From NCBI RefSeq assembly GCF_001194135.2, contig NC_068993.1, positions 14,701,298-14,765,297 of the forward strand: a stretch of DNA of 64,000 nucleotides, given 5' to 3'. Source of the stretch: Octopus bimaculoides. Its lineage: Eukaryota. The stretch's first letter is position 1, and each line of letters starts with the position of its first letter. The position numbers were made by a program, and so were the translations under genes. Below are positions 53,017 to 64,000 of this stretch, piece by piece. A model generated the notes under the pieces. The model was given only the letters and a program-made list of their open reading frames with translations, was not told where the DNA came from and did no database searches.

Positions 53017-54864
53017 GCTAAGAGGAGGAAGGAGAGAGAATGATGTACAATCAAATTTGCCATGTTAGTGTATAGTCCCACATGGTAAGACATAAGCGCC
53101 AGAAATTCTCACTCTCCCACAAAACATGTTCCCTTTGACAAGGGTATGCAGAGAAAAGAAACTGTAATGCGTGTGTCTTTCGACGTACAGGAGTACTCAA
53201 GCATTTTATATATAATTCCACCTCCCCTACACTCAAGACGGATTCCTCAAATTTATGTGTGTATGTGTGTGTCTGTATGTTTGCGTGTGTGCGTGTTTGT
53301 GTGTGTGAGTGTGTGTGTGTGCATGTGGTGTTAGTGTGTGCGTTTGTGCGTATGTGTTTGTATGCGTGTTTGTGTTAATATGTGTATATGTGGTGTATGT
53401 GTGTGTTTATGTACAGTTTGAATCAGTGCCCTAACTTTTAATGTCGATATTTTATTTGTGCACAAAATAACAGCTGAAATATTTCTGTGGTAACTGTATT
53501 CGAAAGAGACAATCACAGCTTCACGATCTGCTAATTTCTTTAGTTATATTACAACATATTACAAACTTATAACTGAGACAGCGAATAGGGCTTATTTTAT
53601 TATGGATCTCCCTACAACTTTAATAATACACATGTATCCTCGTAATGAAAATGTGTAGAGAAACAGAATGCCGTATTAGTCAACTAGCAACTTTTATAAA
53701 TTCTATTATTGAGTTTTCCCCTAAGATACAAGCGCGCAAATTTAGAGGTGAATGAAAACAATTGGTGTGTGATATACGTCATTCTCCTGAGAATTACGTG
53801 CAGATTTATGTGAATTGCTCTAAACTCAAATGGAAGCTGTTTGGGAAGCCTCTCACAAAGGATCATTGCATATTATCATCTTATGAACCGATTCGTAACA
53901 GTGTTTCTGAAATGAAGTTATGACTGATAATAGTTAAGCATTGATATTCTGTCAATTGTGTGGGGTAACATTTAACGTCATCCCATCTTGCTAATATAGT
54001 TTAGAATCGCATTAACATCCTTATAGCTTAATATTCTATGTGTTTACATGTGTGAACGTGATCTAAATAATACCCACGTAATAATAACAACAACAACAAC
54101 AATAATAATAATCATAATAATAATAATAATAACAGCAATAATAAAAACAATACTATGATAATATTCCAACAAGCTGATTTCCATGATTTATGTATTAGAA
54201 TTACATATGCTACTAAAGGTATATAGAATGCTTTCCAGAGAGAAAAATCCATTCTATAAATATATCAATAATTCTCTTGGTAAAATATAGAAACATGGGA
54301 ATTTTCTTATTCACTCGGTGCTGCTTTACAGAGCAACACATCCACATTTATTTATAGTCTGACAATTTTCCTTTGTTATAGTCCAACGTTTAAGAAAGTG
54401 CAAAAGCAGGTGATTTATGAATAAATTCTCCAAACATTCGACTAAAACAAATCTTGTGCGATTCACGAACCAATCATATACTCGAGGCTGTTAATTTCAA
54501 AAACATCTACTTGGAAACGTTTCATTAAATTTGTATTGTACTCATGTAAATCTCATTTGGAATGTGTACAGCCTGAAACTAGAGACGAGGCTTTGTATGC
54601 AAAATATTATATAAGTTAGGAATTCTTGTCGAAGTTTCTTTTGTCATCATATATCACTGATTCGAAAAACCTAACATGGAAAAATCAAAATAATTCTACA
54701 TATACATATTTTTTTCAAATCCCTGTCAAATTCTAAAGTAGATAAATGCGATATATGAGACACATTGTTATCAGAAGAGTAAGCATAATTATGATTCTAT
54801 ATATAAATATATATATATATATGTATATATATAAAGGTAGGGAGAGAGAAAGAGACATAGAAAG

Positions 54865-54873
54865 AAAGCAAGG

Positions 54874-54913
<40 letters not shown>

Positions 54914-54914
54914 C

Positions 54915-54955
<41 letters not shown>

Positions 54956-54975
54956 AACAAATAGATAGATACATA
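54865..54975. repeat. (GATA)n(GACA)n compound tetranucleotide repeat
   Basis: Seen directly. Confidence 0.95.
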
Positions 54976-55442
54976 GATATACGCAAAGTTCGATGCTCCA
55001 CGCCCTCCAGTATCTTATGAACATTTACAATGGAATAATACAATATGTATGTATGTATATGTGTATACGTGTATATATATATATATNNNNNNNNNNNNNN
55101 NNNNNNNNNNNNNNNNNNNNNNNNNNNNNNNNNNNNNNNNNNNNNNNNNNNNNNNNNNNNNNNNNNNNNNNNNNNNNNNNNNNNNNNNNNNNNNNNNNNN
55201 NNNNNNNNNNNNNNNNNNNNNNNNNNNNNNNNNNNNNNNNNNNNNNNNNNNNNNNNNNNNNNNNNNNNNNNNNNNNNNNNNNNNNNNNNNNNNNNNNNNN
55301 NNNNNNNNNNNNNNNNNNNNNNNNNNNNNNNNNNNNNNNNNNNNNNNNNNNNNNNNNNNNNNNNNNNNNNNNNNNNNNNNNNNNNNNNNNNNNATATATA
55401 TATATATATATATATACAGAATTCACCCAAAAAATGACGATG

Positions 55443-55590
55443 ACAGCTGGTGTAGACAACAAACAGATGTACTAGTTTAACGCTCGGGAAGTGAAAAAGT
55501 CTTTAACGTTTCGAGCCTACGCTCTTCCACAGAAAGGAACACAGAAAGAAACAAGGAGTGAAAATAAAGAATGTGTAGTGACTAGCGATC
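55443..55590 (-). mobile_element. Dispersed repeat family B (Penelope-like terminal fragment), copy 3
   Basis: Highly similar to 9494-9620: ggtgtagacaacaaaca...tttaacgtttcgagcctacgctcttcc.cagaaaggaacacagaaagaaacaaggag. Confidence 0.65.
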
Positions 55591-56112
55591 TTTCCGTTCA
55601 ACAACATTAACACGGACTTGCATTGTTTAGATATTCCGCCTTATGTAAGTACGCCAGGGTACCTTTTTGAAAATTTCTTGATTTCGCTGAGTTAATAACT
55701 GCACAAACAAGAAGAGTATTCACATTCGCAGCGTTTACATCTAGAGTCAGGAAGGACGGTAAATAACTCCGATACCATCAACTCAATCAAATTTTAGAAT
55801 ATATAAAGACGGCAGCTCTGTGTTAATGTTGTTGAATGCAAATGAGTTTATTTCGTTCTTGTTAGAAACTATTGAGCAAAACGTATTCTCATTTTCTTAG
55901 CTGTACGTTGATGTGATCGCATATTTTCAGTATACCTGTTTGTCAATGGACAGCGAGGTCAATCTCACTTTTTAAAAAAAGTTTCTCTTGTCAGAATATT
56001 ATGTATATATGCCAATAATAGATACGAGTTGTTTTATTTGAGTATTTGTATACGCATGTAAACACTCGCGAACGTCCCCCCTCCATATATATATATCTGT
56101 GTATGCATGTAT

Positions 56113-56147
<35 letters not shown>

Positions 56148-56828
56148 NNNNNNNNNNNNNNNNNNNNNNNNNNNNNNNNNNNNNNNNNNNNNNNNNNNNN
56201 NNNNNNNNNNNNNNNNNNNNNNNNNNNNNNNNNNNNNNNNNNNNNNNNNNNNNNNNNNNNNNNNNNNNNNNNNNNNNNNNNNNNNNNNNNNNNNNNNNNN
56301 NNNNNNNNNNNNNNNNNNNNNNNNNNNNNNNNNNNNNNNNNNNNNNNNNNNNNNNNNNNNNNNNNNNNNNNNNNNNNNNNNNNNNNNNNNNNNNNNNNNN
56401 NNNNNNNNNNNNNNNNNNNNNNNNNNNNNNNNNNNNNNNNNNNNNNNNNNNNNNNNNNNNNNNNNNNNNNNNNNNNNNNNNNNNNNNNNNNNNNNNNNNN
56501 NNNNNNNNNNNNNNNNNNNNNNNNNNNNNNNNNNNNNNNNNNNNNNNNNNNNNNNNNNNNNNNNNNNNNNNNNNNNNNNNNNNNNNNNNNNNNNNNNNNN
56601 NNNNNNNNNNNNNNNNNNNNNNNNNNNNNNNNNNNNNNNNNNNNNNNNNNNNNNNNNNNNNNNNNNNNNNNNNNNNNNNNNNNNNNNNNNNNNNNNNNNN
56701 NNNNNNNNNNNNNNNNNNNNNNNNNNNNNNNNNNNNNNNNNNNNNNNNNNNNNNNNNNNNNNNNNNNNNNNNNNNNNNNNNNNNNNNNNNNNNNNNNNNN
56801 NNNNNNNNNNNNNNNNNNNNNNNNNNNN

Positions 56829-56860
<32 letters not shown>

Positions 56861-56915
56861 ATATATATACACAGTTATATCAAGTGAGATAGGGTGAAAC
56901 CGATGTGTCTCTAGC

Positions 56916-57035
56916 ATGCCACTACCTTAAAAAAACTAGTTTTTTTTAAGGTATCGGCACTTCAATCATGCTGGAGACAGTTCGGCTTCGCCCTTAGTTT
57001 TTTTTAAGGTATCGGCACTTTAAGCATGTTGGAGA
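56916..57035. repeat. Near-perfect palindrome centred on CTAG plus a 41-bp direct repeat (period 58)
   Basis: taccttaaaaaaaCTAGttttttttaaggta at 56923-56953. The unit tagttttttttaaggtatcggcactt.aa.catg.tggaga occurs at 56937 and 56995. Confidence 0.9.
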
Positions 57036-58334
57036 AAGGTTTCAGAGGAATATTTCTACTTCACGCTGGAGATATCCTGGGTTTCAGTTGGGAATATCTG
57101 TTAATTGGGAAGACATAATTTATACGATCTTCAAATGTAATAGTCTTGCAATAATTAAGAAAGAATATTCCGTAGCTGGACTATAGTAAAACGATTATTT
57201 GAACTCATTAGAAAAGGCACACAGAAGATTTTTCGTAGGAATTGTTATGGATATGAGTGCAAAATTCTGTATAGTTACGTTCCTTTATTTCCGGTAATTT
57301 TAGAACATAGAATGAGATCTCTTTCACTGAAGTTGTTCGTATTTAGAGGCAAAATAATAAATGTGCGGTTTTAATGGATATCAGTAATCCAGCTAATACA
57401 TTCTCATATATATATATGACATGACACTGAGTTCATCCAATAGAACTTTCATGTCTTTAAACAGCAGGATATCATTTCATTTCGCGAATATAAGAGTGGA
57501 CAATCCTACCTAAGATCCATAATTGGTTCTAGTTCATTACGATGGATACAACCGATAAAACATTTTATTCAAGTTATTTCACACACACACACAAAAAAAC
57601 AAAAAAATAACTATTCGAGAATGAAGTAAAATCAAAATTACGCTAAACACAAGCAATAGTCAAATTTATACACAAACTTTTATAGAAACATAAAGTAATA
57701 TTCCTATCATATATATTTTACTTGAACCAAAATGAAAGGGCAACTGGACTGGACTGCATTAAAATCTAAAAATCTGAGTTAAATTTATGCTGTATTCTGT
57801 TCTACGAATACTATGGCATTCGGAGTTCCAGTATTGTTAGTAGGTTTTCATATATTTATTGTATACGCATAATTGAAGTAATTTTGACAAAGCTAAATAA
57901 CTTGTTCTGCAGCTGAGATTGATAATAGCTGGAAAAGGTTAGACCCATTACGATCCTTTCTGATTCGATTCCCAAGAAAATAACCACGCATCCATACAAA
58001 CACACACACATGTATGCATGTAAGGATATGTAGACAGACAGACAGACAGATAGATACATACATACATACATACATACATACATACATACATACATACATA
58101 CGTACATACATACATACATGCATACATACATGCATACATATATACATACATAAATAGATAGATGGATACACTCTGAAACAGTTCAACTCGCCGAGTGTGG
58201 GTTCGAAAAGGCTAATATTTTCTCCGGCATTCTATGCTCTGATTTCAGAACCCGCCTAGATCAGTTTTGCCTATCATCATTTCGTTATCGAAAAGTAATT
58301 CAACATTTAAGGATAGGAGATTGTTGAAATGTTA

Positions 58335-58379
58335 AACTGACATATAAGATGCCATGCGATTCTGGTTATTCTCTCTCTC

Positions 58380-58474
<95 letters not shown>

Positions 58475-58660
58475 TTATTTATTTATCTATGTATCTATGT
58501 ATCTATGTATCTATTTATCTATCTATCTCACAATCTATCTATCTTCCCTTTGTTTGTCTGTCTGTCTCTGTCTGTCTCTGTCTCCGTCTGTCTCTGTCTC
58601 TGTCTGTCTGTCCGTCTCTCTCTCACTTTCTCTCTCTCCATCTCTCTCTCTCTCTCTACG
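58335..58660. repeat. (CT)n(CTAT)n(CTGT)n compound microsatellite
   Basis: Seen directly. Confidence 0.95.
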
Positions 58661-58863
58661 ATGTCAAATCCCACCGAAGATGAACTGAAAGATCGCATCC
58701 CTCAAGAACAATGAGCACATATGTATTTGGGAATTTCTTTAAGTATTTCAGTTTAACATTCACAAGTACCGCATACCAACAGGCAGGGAAGAAAACAACG
58801 TGTCTTGAAGTTCTGTGCATACAATAAACATTCAGGGGTGATATATACTAGGTCACACATCTT

Positions 58864-58902
<39 letters not shown>

Positions 58903-58907
58903 AACAT

Positions 58908-59153
58908 TAAGTACAGGACATCACCAACGAGTGAAAAATACGTAAACACACGAGAGTTACGTACAGAAAAAAAATACCAAGAGAAGATAACTTGTTCATC
59001 AGTTGTCCACTGTTTATTACTACCTAGTTCGAGCTTTTTAACGACAAGATAGGAACACTTCATAACACAGCAGCATGCAGAATTTGTTTCAATATAAAAT
59101 TTGTGGAGAGTTATGTCTTCGAGCGAGCAAACAACAACAGAGTGGACGTACAT
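58908..59153 (-). mobile_element. Unclassified dispersed repeat family A, copy 2, followed by (TA)n
   Basis: Reverse-complement homolog of 256-506. It accounts for ORF 58848-59165. Confidence 0.75.
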
Positions 59154-59325
59154 ACACTCATGCATATATGTACATACACATATATATTTGCACGCGTGCG
59201 CATGTCTGTGTATGTCATTAGTCAGTTTTATTTGAAGATTTCTCGCGTATTGAGAAAGAATCGGTTTTTAGCCTAGATCCAAAGCTCATTCATGGGAATT
59301 TCATCATCAACAACAGAGTATTTTT

Positions 59326-59672
59326 GCATGTATGTATGTATGTATATATGGATACGTTCAGATTTGGGTATTTCGTTTTATGTGTGTTTTCTCAGGCATA
59401 TATTTTCATATCTTGACATGCTCATATATACTTAAATGATAAACTTCTGGAAAGTTTTTACAGATTTTTACAGTTCCATTGATGGCTAGGATCTGTAACC
59501 TTCGAATCAACGTTTTCCCTACTAGTTTTGAGAAGCCTAATTTCTCAAGATTGCTATTTAAGCAGTGTATTACACAAACTGGTGCTCCAATAATGGCAGG
59601 TATAAACATGATAGAGTAATTGCAGATTTCTCAATAGTTCAGTGTAGGTATTCTCTTTATCATTGATCTTTA
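59326..59672 (-). mobile_element. 5'-truncated R4/Dong-type RLE LINE 3' end with 3'UTR and (TACA)n tail
   Basis: The minus strand reads KINDKENTYTELLRNLQLLY / FIPAIIGAPVCVIHCLNSNLEKLGFSKLVGKTLIRRLQILAINGTVKICK / QKFII* (stop at 59432-59434). This is the typical RLE C-terminal P.IIGALG...LQ.....GT.KI motif. (TACA)n lies on both sides. Confidence 0.85.
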
Positions 59673-61668
59673 TGTATGTATGTATGTATGTATGTACGTA
59701 TATATGTATGTATGCATGAATATCCGACGTCCTTTGACGAATCTGGTGTGATTCTAGTAAATGTTATGAGCACTGTGAAAATATTTCCTGGGCCGATAAT
59801 GGTATAATATGCATCTAAATGGGCTTCTTTCACCTACTAATGGGTGTCATGTTTGTCAAGGGAATGAAAGGGATATTTGGTGGAATATATATTTTAATTT
59901 GTTTCAAAAATGCCACATTATTAAGGAGATACTTTCTTGTATGCTTCGTTGTTGTATCTGAAAAGTTTGTGAGATGAGATTTGTTTTAGCAATGACATTA
60001 CTCTTCCCCAGACAGATGTCTTCAATAAAATTCTTATCTTCAGAGAGAAAGATATAAGAACAAAATGGAAATTGTTTTACATGGCTCCATGATGTCTGCT
60101 TACGTTTGACCTCTTGAATATATGCATCACCCGTAAAAAATGGTACGGAAATAATTAATAAAATATAAAACAACGAAATGTTTGACACAAAGTGTTATGT
60201 CATTTCAGGCATGATGTTGAGAATTTGAGAACTGAAGACTATACCATAAAAAAAAAAAATTTGTAACGTACGTGCTAATAACATGATAAAATATATATAT
60301 ATAAAGATTATTTCATATCATATTGTGAGATATTAAGAAAATGTGTTTGCGATAAAAAAAAATGAGGGGAAATAGCATGAGATTATGAGCAAAGTAAATT
60401 ATTAAACATTTTTACACCAAATGGACATCAATAATGAAAGTGTCTGCAGTTATAAATTACTTTTGCTTGCAAATGTCTATGTCAGAGCGAATTATTGGTG
60501 TTTTGCAATACATAATCAGTGTGTTTTGAATTGTTTTCATAGAAATAGTGATGAAAGAAAATACAGTCTACACTAGTATATTTGATCATGTTTAATGTTC
60601 CATCTATTTTCTGAAATACTTCATGTGCTAAACCTGCAAAATATATTAAGCGCAGAAGAATAAAAGTGTCTTGTATACTTCAATACATATGCTCTGTCTA
60701 CTATTAGATATTGGTAATATAGCAAAATTTTATGATAAAATGAATGAATAATTTCTCCTACCATAGTAAACAGCATACATCCTTTTGCGTCTAACACATA
60801 ATTTTACCCAACCACCTTGAGATACAGGATTTACCCGTGTCCTACTTTACGCCAAAGAAAACATGTCAACAGTAATAAAGTATACTACACAGAGTACGTT
60901 ACTGCATAATCGGTTTGCTCGTTGTTGATATAATTGTAGACGAGATGTCGGCCACGATCGCTTGTTGGGTTTAAGATTAAGCAGCATAAAGAAAACTATC
61001 TACTGTGAAAGCTGCATCAACGGATATGAGTTACAATAAGATGAAATGCCCAGGCGGTTTAACAGCACAAGCCTCCAACATCCAAGCGTTTAAAATGTGC
61101 CTGTAGAAAGACATTTATGAGTTCTAATCCGGATTCGCAGCCCAGAACCCTTAGAGGGTAAACAGTTGAGGGCCGAAACAGCACTTATTTGAGGTGAGGT
61201 TTCATTTCTGAAGACGTTCGGCTGTTCATCTCTCTTTAGAGTTTAGTACCTCTTTTTGTGTTGGTTAGCTTAGAGCTGCGGAGATGTATTTTTCGACTGT
61301 GCAATCTAGTTATTGACTGAAAGTTGGTCGGTAGAAATTTAGTATTATATCAATTAATAAACAATGTAATTTAGTATTTACAACACTGAATTAATGTAAC
61401 GAAAGTGATTTATAACACAATGTTTCGGAATTGAAATAATGTAATTCGGTTAGAGAAAACTATGAAAGATCTATTTCCCAACAATTTTATAAACTGCGGA
61501 ATTTCGGAGTCTACTTTTTCTTGCAAATTCTTTTCATCAATAATTAGTCATTAAAATATTAACGAGATCTCCACTCTAACAGTCTAAAACTTATTGGCGC
61601 ATCTAATGCAGTGCTTACACTGTGAATATGATCTCAGGCAACTCACCAAACCAATTCTGATTTAGTAA

Positions 61669-61799
61669 TTTCTATCTTTTAGACGTTATAATATATAGGC
61701 GAGAGAGCTAACTTTCTCCCGTATGGAAATTTGTATGAATTCTCATAAAGCAACTTTCTATCTTTGAAACGTTATAATATATAAACGAGACAGCTAACT
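61669..61799. repeat. Local 45-bp imperfect direct repeat (period 86)
   Basis: tttctatcttttagacgttataatatataggcgagagagctaact versus tttctatctttgaaacgttataatatataaacgagacagctaact. Confidence 0.85.
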
Positions 61800-62519
61800 G
61801 CATGTCATGTGCAAAGTCATATCAAATAGTTTTTGACAAAATAAAATAGGATTGTGTTAAAACCTGAGGCATTTATTTATATCGACTTGCCGGAGGATTA
61901 AATTTTGATTCAGAAAATGCTCTGACAACCAGATCAATGAGTGTTACACTATGGGTTATTTTATAATTTTATATTTACTTTAATATGAAACACATGTTTG
62001 AAAGATGTCCTGCGGGAGAAACAATGTGGTGGATAATTTTGTTTTACAGTTCAAGAAATTTGATAAAATATTGCAGAAATTATGGCTTTTCAAGTAGGAA
62101 GCTCAAAGTGAATTATACGCTCAAAGATGCAATACCAGAATTTAAATTCGAATTTAAAATGAAATTCTTATGTAATTCTTATTGAGTCATACATCGCCGA
62201 GACCATAGCTAGCTGTAACGATGAGTAATGCATTGAGAACAACGAATAAGGCGAAAATAAAATCGCGATATCGTAACTACAGTCTGCATTGAGCAGTAAT
62301 TCCGCTATACATTAGTAATAACCGCAATGCATTCAACTACAAAATGTCTTGTTTTTTTTGTGTTTTTTTTTTTGGTGATTCGCATGACGTACATCACAGA
62401 TTACTCGTGTTCGTTATTTTATATTTGTAATTTGAAAATTTACATTCGCTGCTGAAAACTAGCGACTAATTAACCCACTGATAAATGCAGCACACAATAG
62501 CTGGTACACAGTACGCACG

Positions 62520-62577
<58 letters not shown>

Positions 62578-64000
62578 CACATACACGCACACACACACAC
62601 ACATATATACATATGTATATATAAATATATATATATGTTGATCTTCCTCCATATATCTCATACATGCATATACATATACCGTAATTTAACGTGTATAAGG
62701 AACCCCTTAATTTGGTGAGGGGGACTTAAAACCTTATACTAGCCCTGTATATGATACTCCCACATTTTTAAACCTAATTTCTAACAAAAAAGGGTTCGTT
62801 ATACACGTTAAAATANNNNNNNNNNNNNNNNNNNNNNNNNNNNNNNNNNNTCTATTTGTTCCAAAGTATACCTGAGTGTCTAGAACCATTTGTATACCGC
62901 AAGGAATCTTTCTCAAGAAAGTAAAGTCGATTATCTTTAGTTAATAACCTTGTTCAAAATATATTTCTGTAATCCATAGATTGAGTCAGTTATCTGGAAA
63001 ACATATGCTGAAGGGATGTGTTAGTGGACTTCTATTAAAACATTTATTAAAATGGTAATATTTGTTTCTCTACCTCGCTTTTATTTTTCATTTCACATCC
63101 TCTCTGTGTGTAAACCTTTCTCTAAATTCACCATAAGCATTTGATGCGCAAATGTATAATCACTAGAGATATCAATTTATAAACTGAAAACTAAAACGAT
63201 CTATTTTCTGCCAAATATTAAGAGATAAATTTTTGCACAGTACAAATTCTAATCAATATGCGTAATACAACATTCTGGCCAAGTTATTACGGTAAAATGG
63301 AGGACACTAAGCTTAGAATTGATGCTCTCAGGAAGCTGTGTTTAGTGAAATGGGTTTATATCAATACTGAATCAATACAAATGTCTCTTTGCTAATATTG
63401 ACCGGACAATAGCTCTTCTTGGTGAATACCAAATTGATATCGATACACGGGTTCCTTCACTGCTACTAAATACAGTTATGAATGTACGATACAATAATAC
63501 CTTAGCCTCAGAATATCTTATATAAATAAAATTTAAAAAGAATAGTGAAACAAAACAGGATAAAATGCAGAAAAGGAAAAAAAAATGTGTGTTTAAATAA
63601 ATTATTTGTTCCTTTTCTCCATCATTCATAAAATTCTATTGTAAAATGTTCTGCAAAATTGCAACACCATTAAAAGCTTTTTAAGGAAGACGGTTAGCTG
63701 CAAGTAAGGTAAAGGTAGTGAAATCGCTGTATAACTGAGTGGTCAAGCGAAGATCATAGATGTATGGGTATCATATATAAGAGTAATCTTTTTTATGAAC
63801 ATAAGCCTGACTCTGGTTTTGAATTCCACATAGAAATAGATATCTTTTACGACTGACAATGGAATAATTAAGTTTTGGTTATGAATGCGTTATGCACGGA
63901 TATTTAAAGTCTCAGATTTCATAACCATGTACTGCATATGTGTCTGCGTGTTGTACACACGTACAAGCAGCACAAACATATATATATATATATATATATA

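Noticed and set aside
58848-59165. 105-aa minus-strand ORF (SLEDITLHKFYIETNS...)
   Set aside because: It lies within a dispersed repeat that has a second copy at 256-506, and that copy shows substitutions and indels.
60950-61210. GC-richer segment with ggccgaaac, a possible Penelope or LINE remnant
   Set aside because: No second copy and no translatable motif, so it cannot be classified.

Overview
This is AT-rich, gap-ridden eukaryotic genomic DNA, about 7-8 kb of Ns in about 25 gaps, nearly all flanked by simple repeats. The tRNA-derived SINE families and the microsatellite spectrum match what I recall of octopus (coleoid cephalopod) genomes; this species assignment is an inference. The window reads as intronic or intergenic DNA. 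It is dominated by microsatellites ((TA)n, (CA)n, (GA)n, (TACA)n, (GATA)n, (CTT)n, (ATT)n, (CAT)n), about 15 SINE copies or fragments, and decayed mobile elements: two R4/Dong-type RLE LINE relics, a CR1/L2-type LINE 3' end, a Tc1 transposase relic, a mariner end, two MITE-like elements, a probable solo LTR and Penelope-like terminal fragments. Almost every ORF in the supplied track is an artefact of simple repeats or N-runs. No complete gene, RNA gene or CRISPR array can be supported. The best host-gene evidence is a plus-strand candidate exon at 48517-48767 with strong splice signals and a MAM-domain-like pattern; several weaker candidate exons are listed at low confidence. I found no convincing novel biological system. 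The most notable observations are a Dong/R4 LINE relic embedded in (TACA)n repeats on both sides, a fold-back trinucleotide array, and a nested LTR/MITE/Tc1 cluster.
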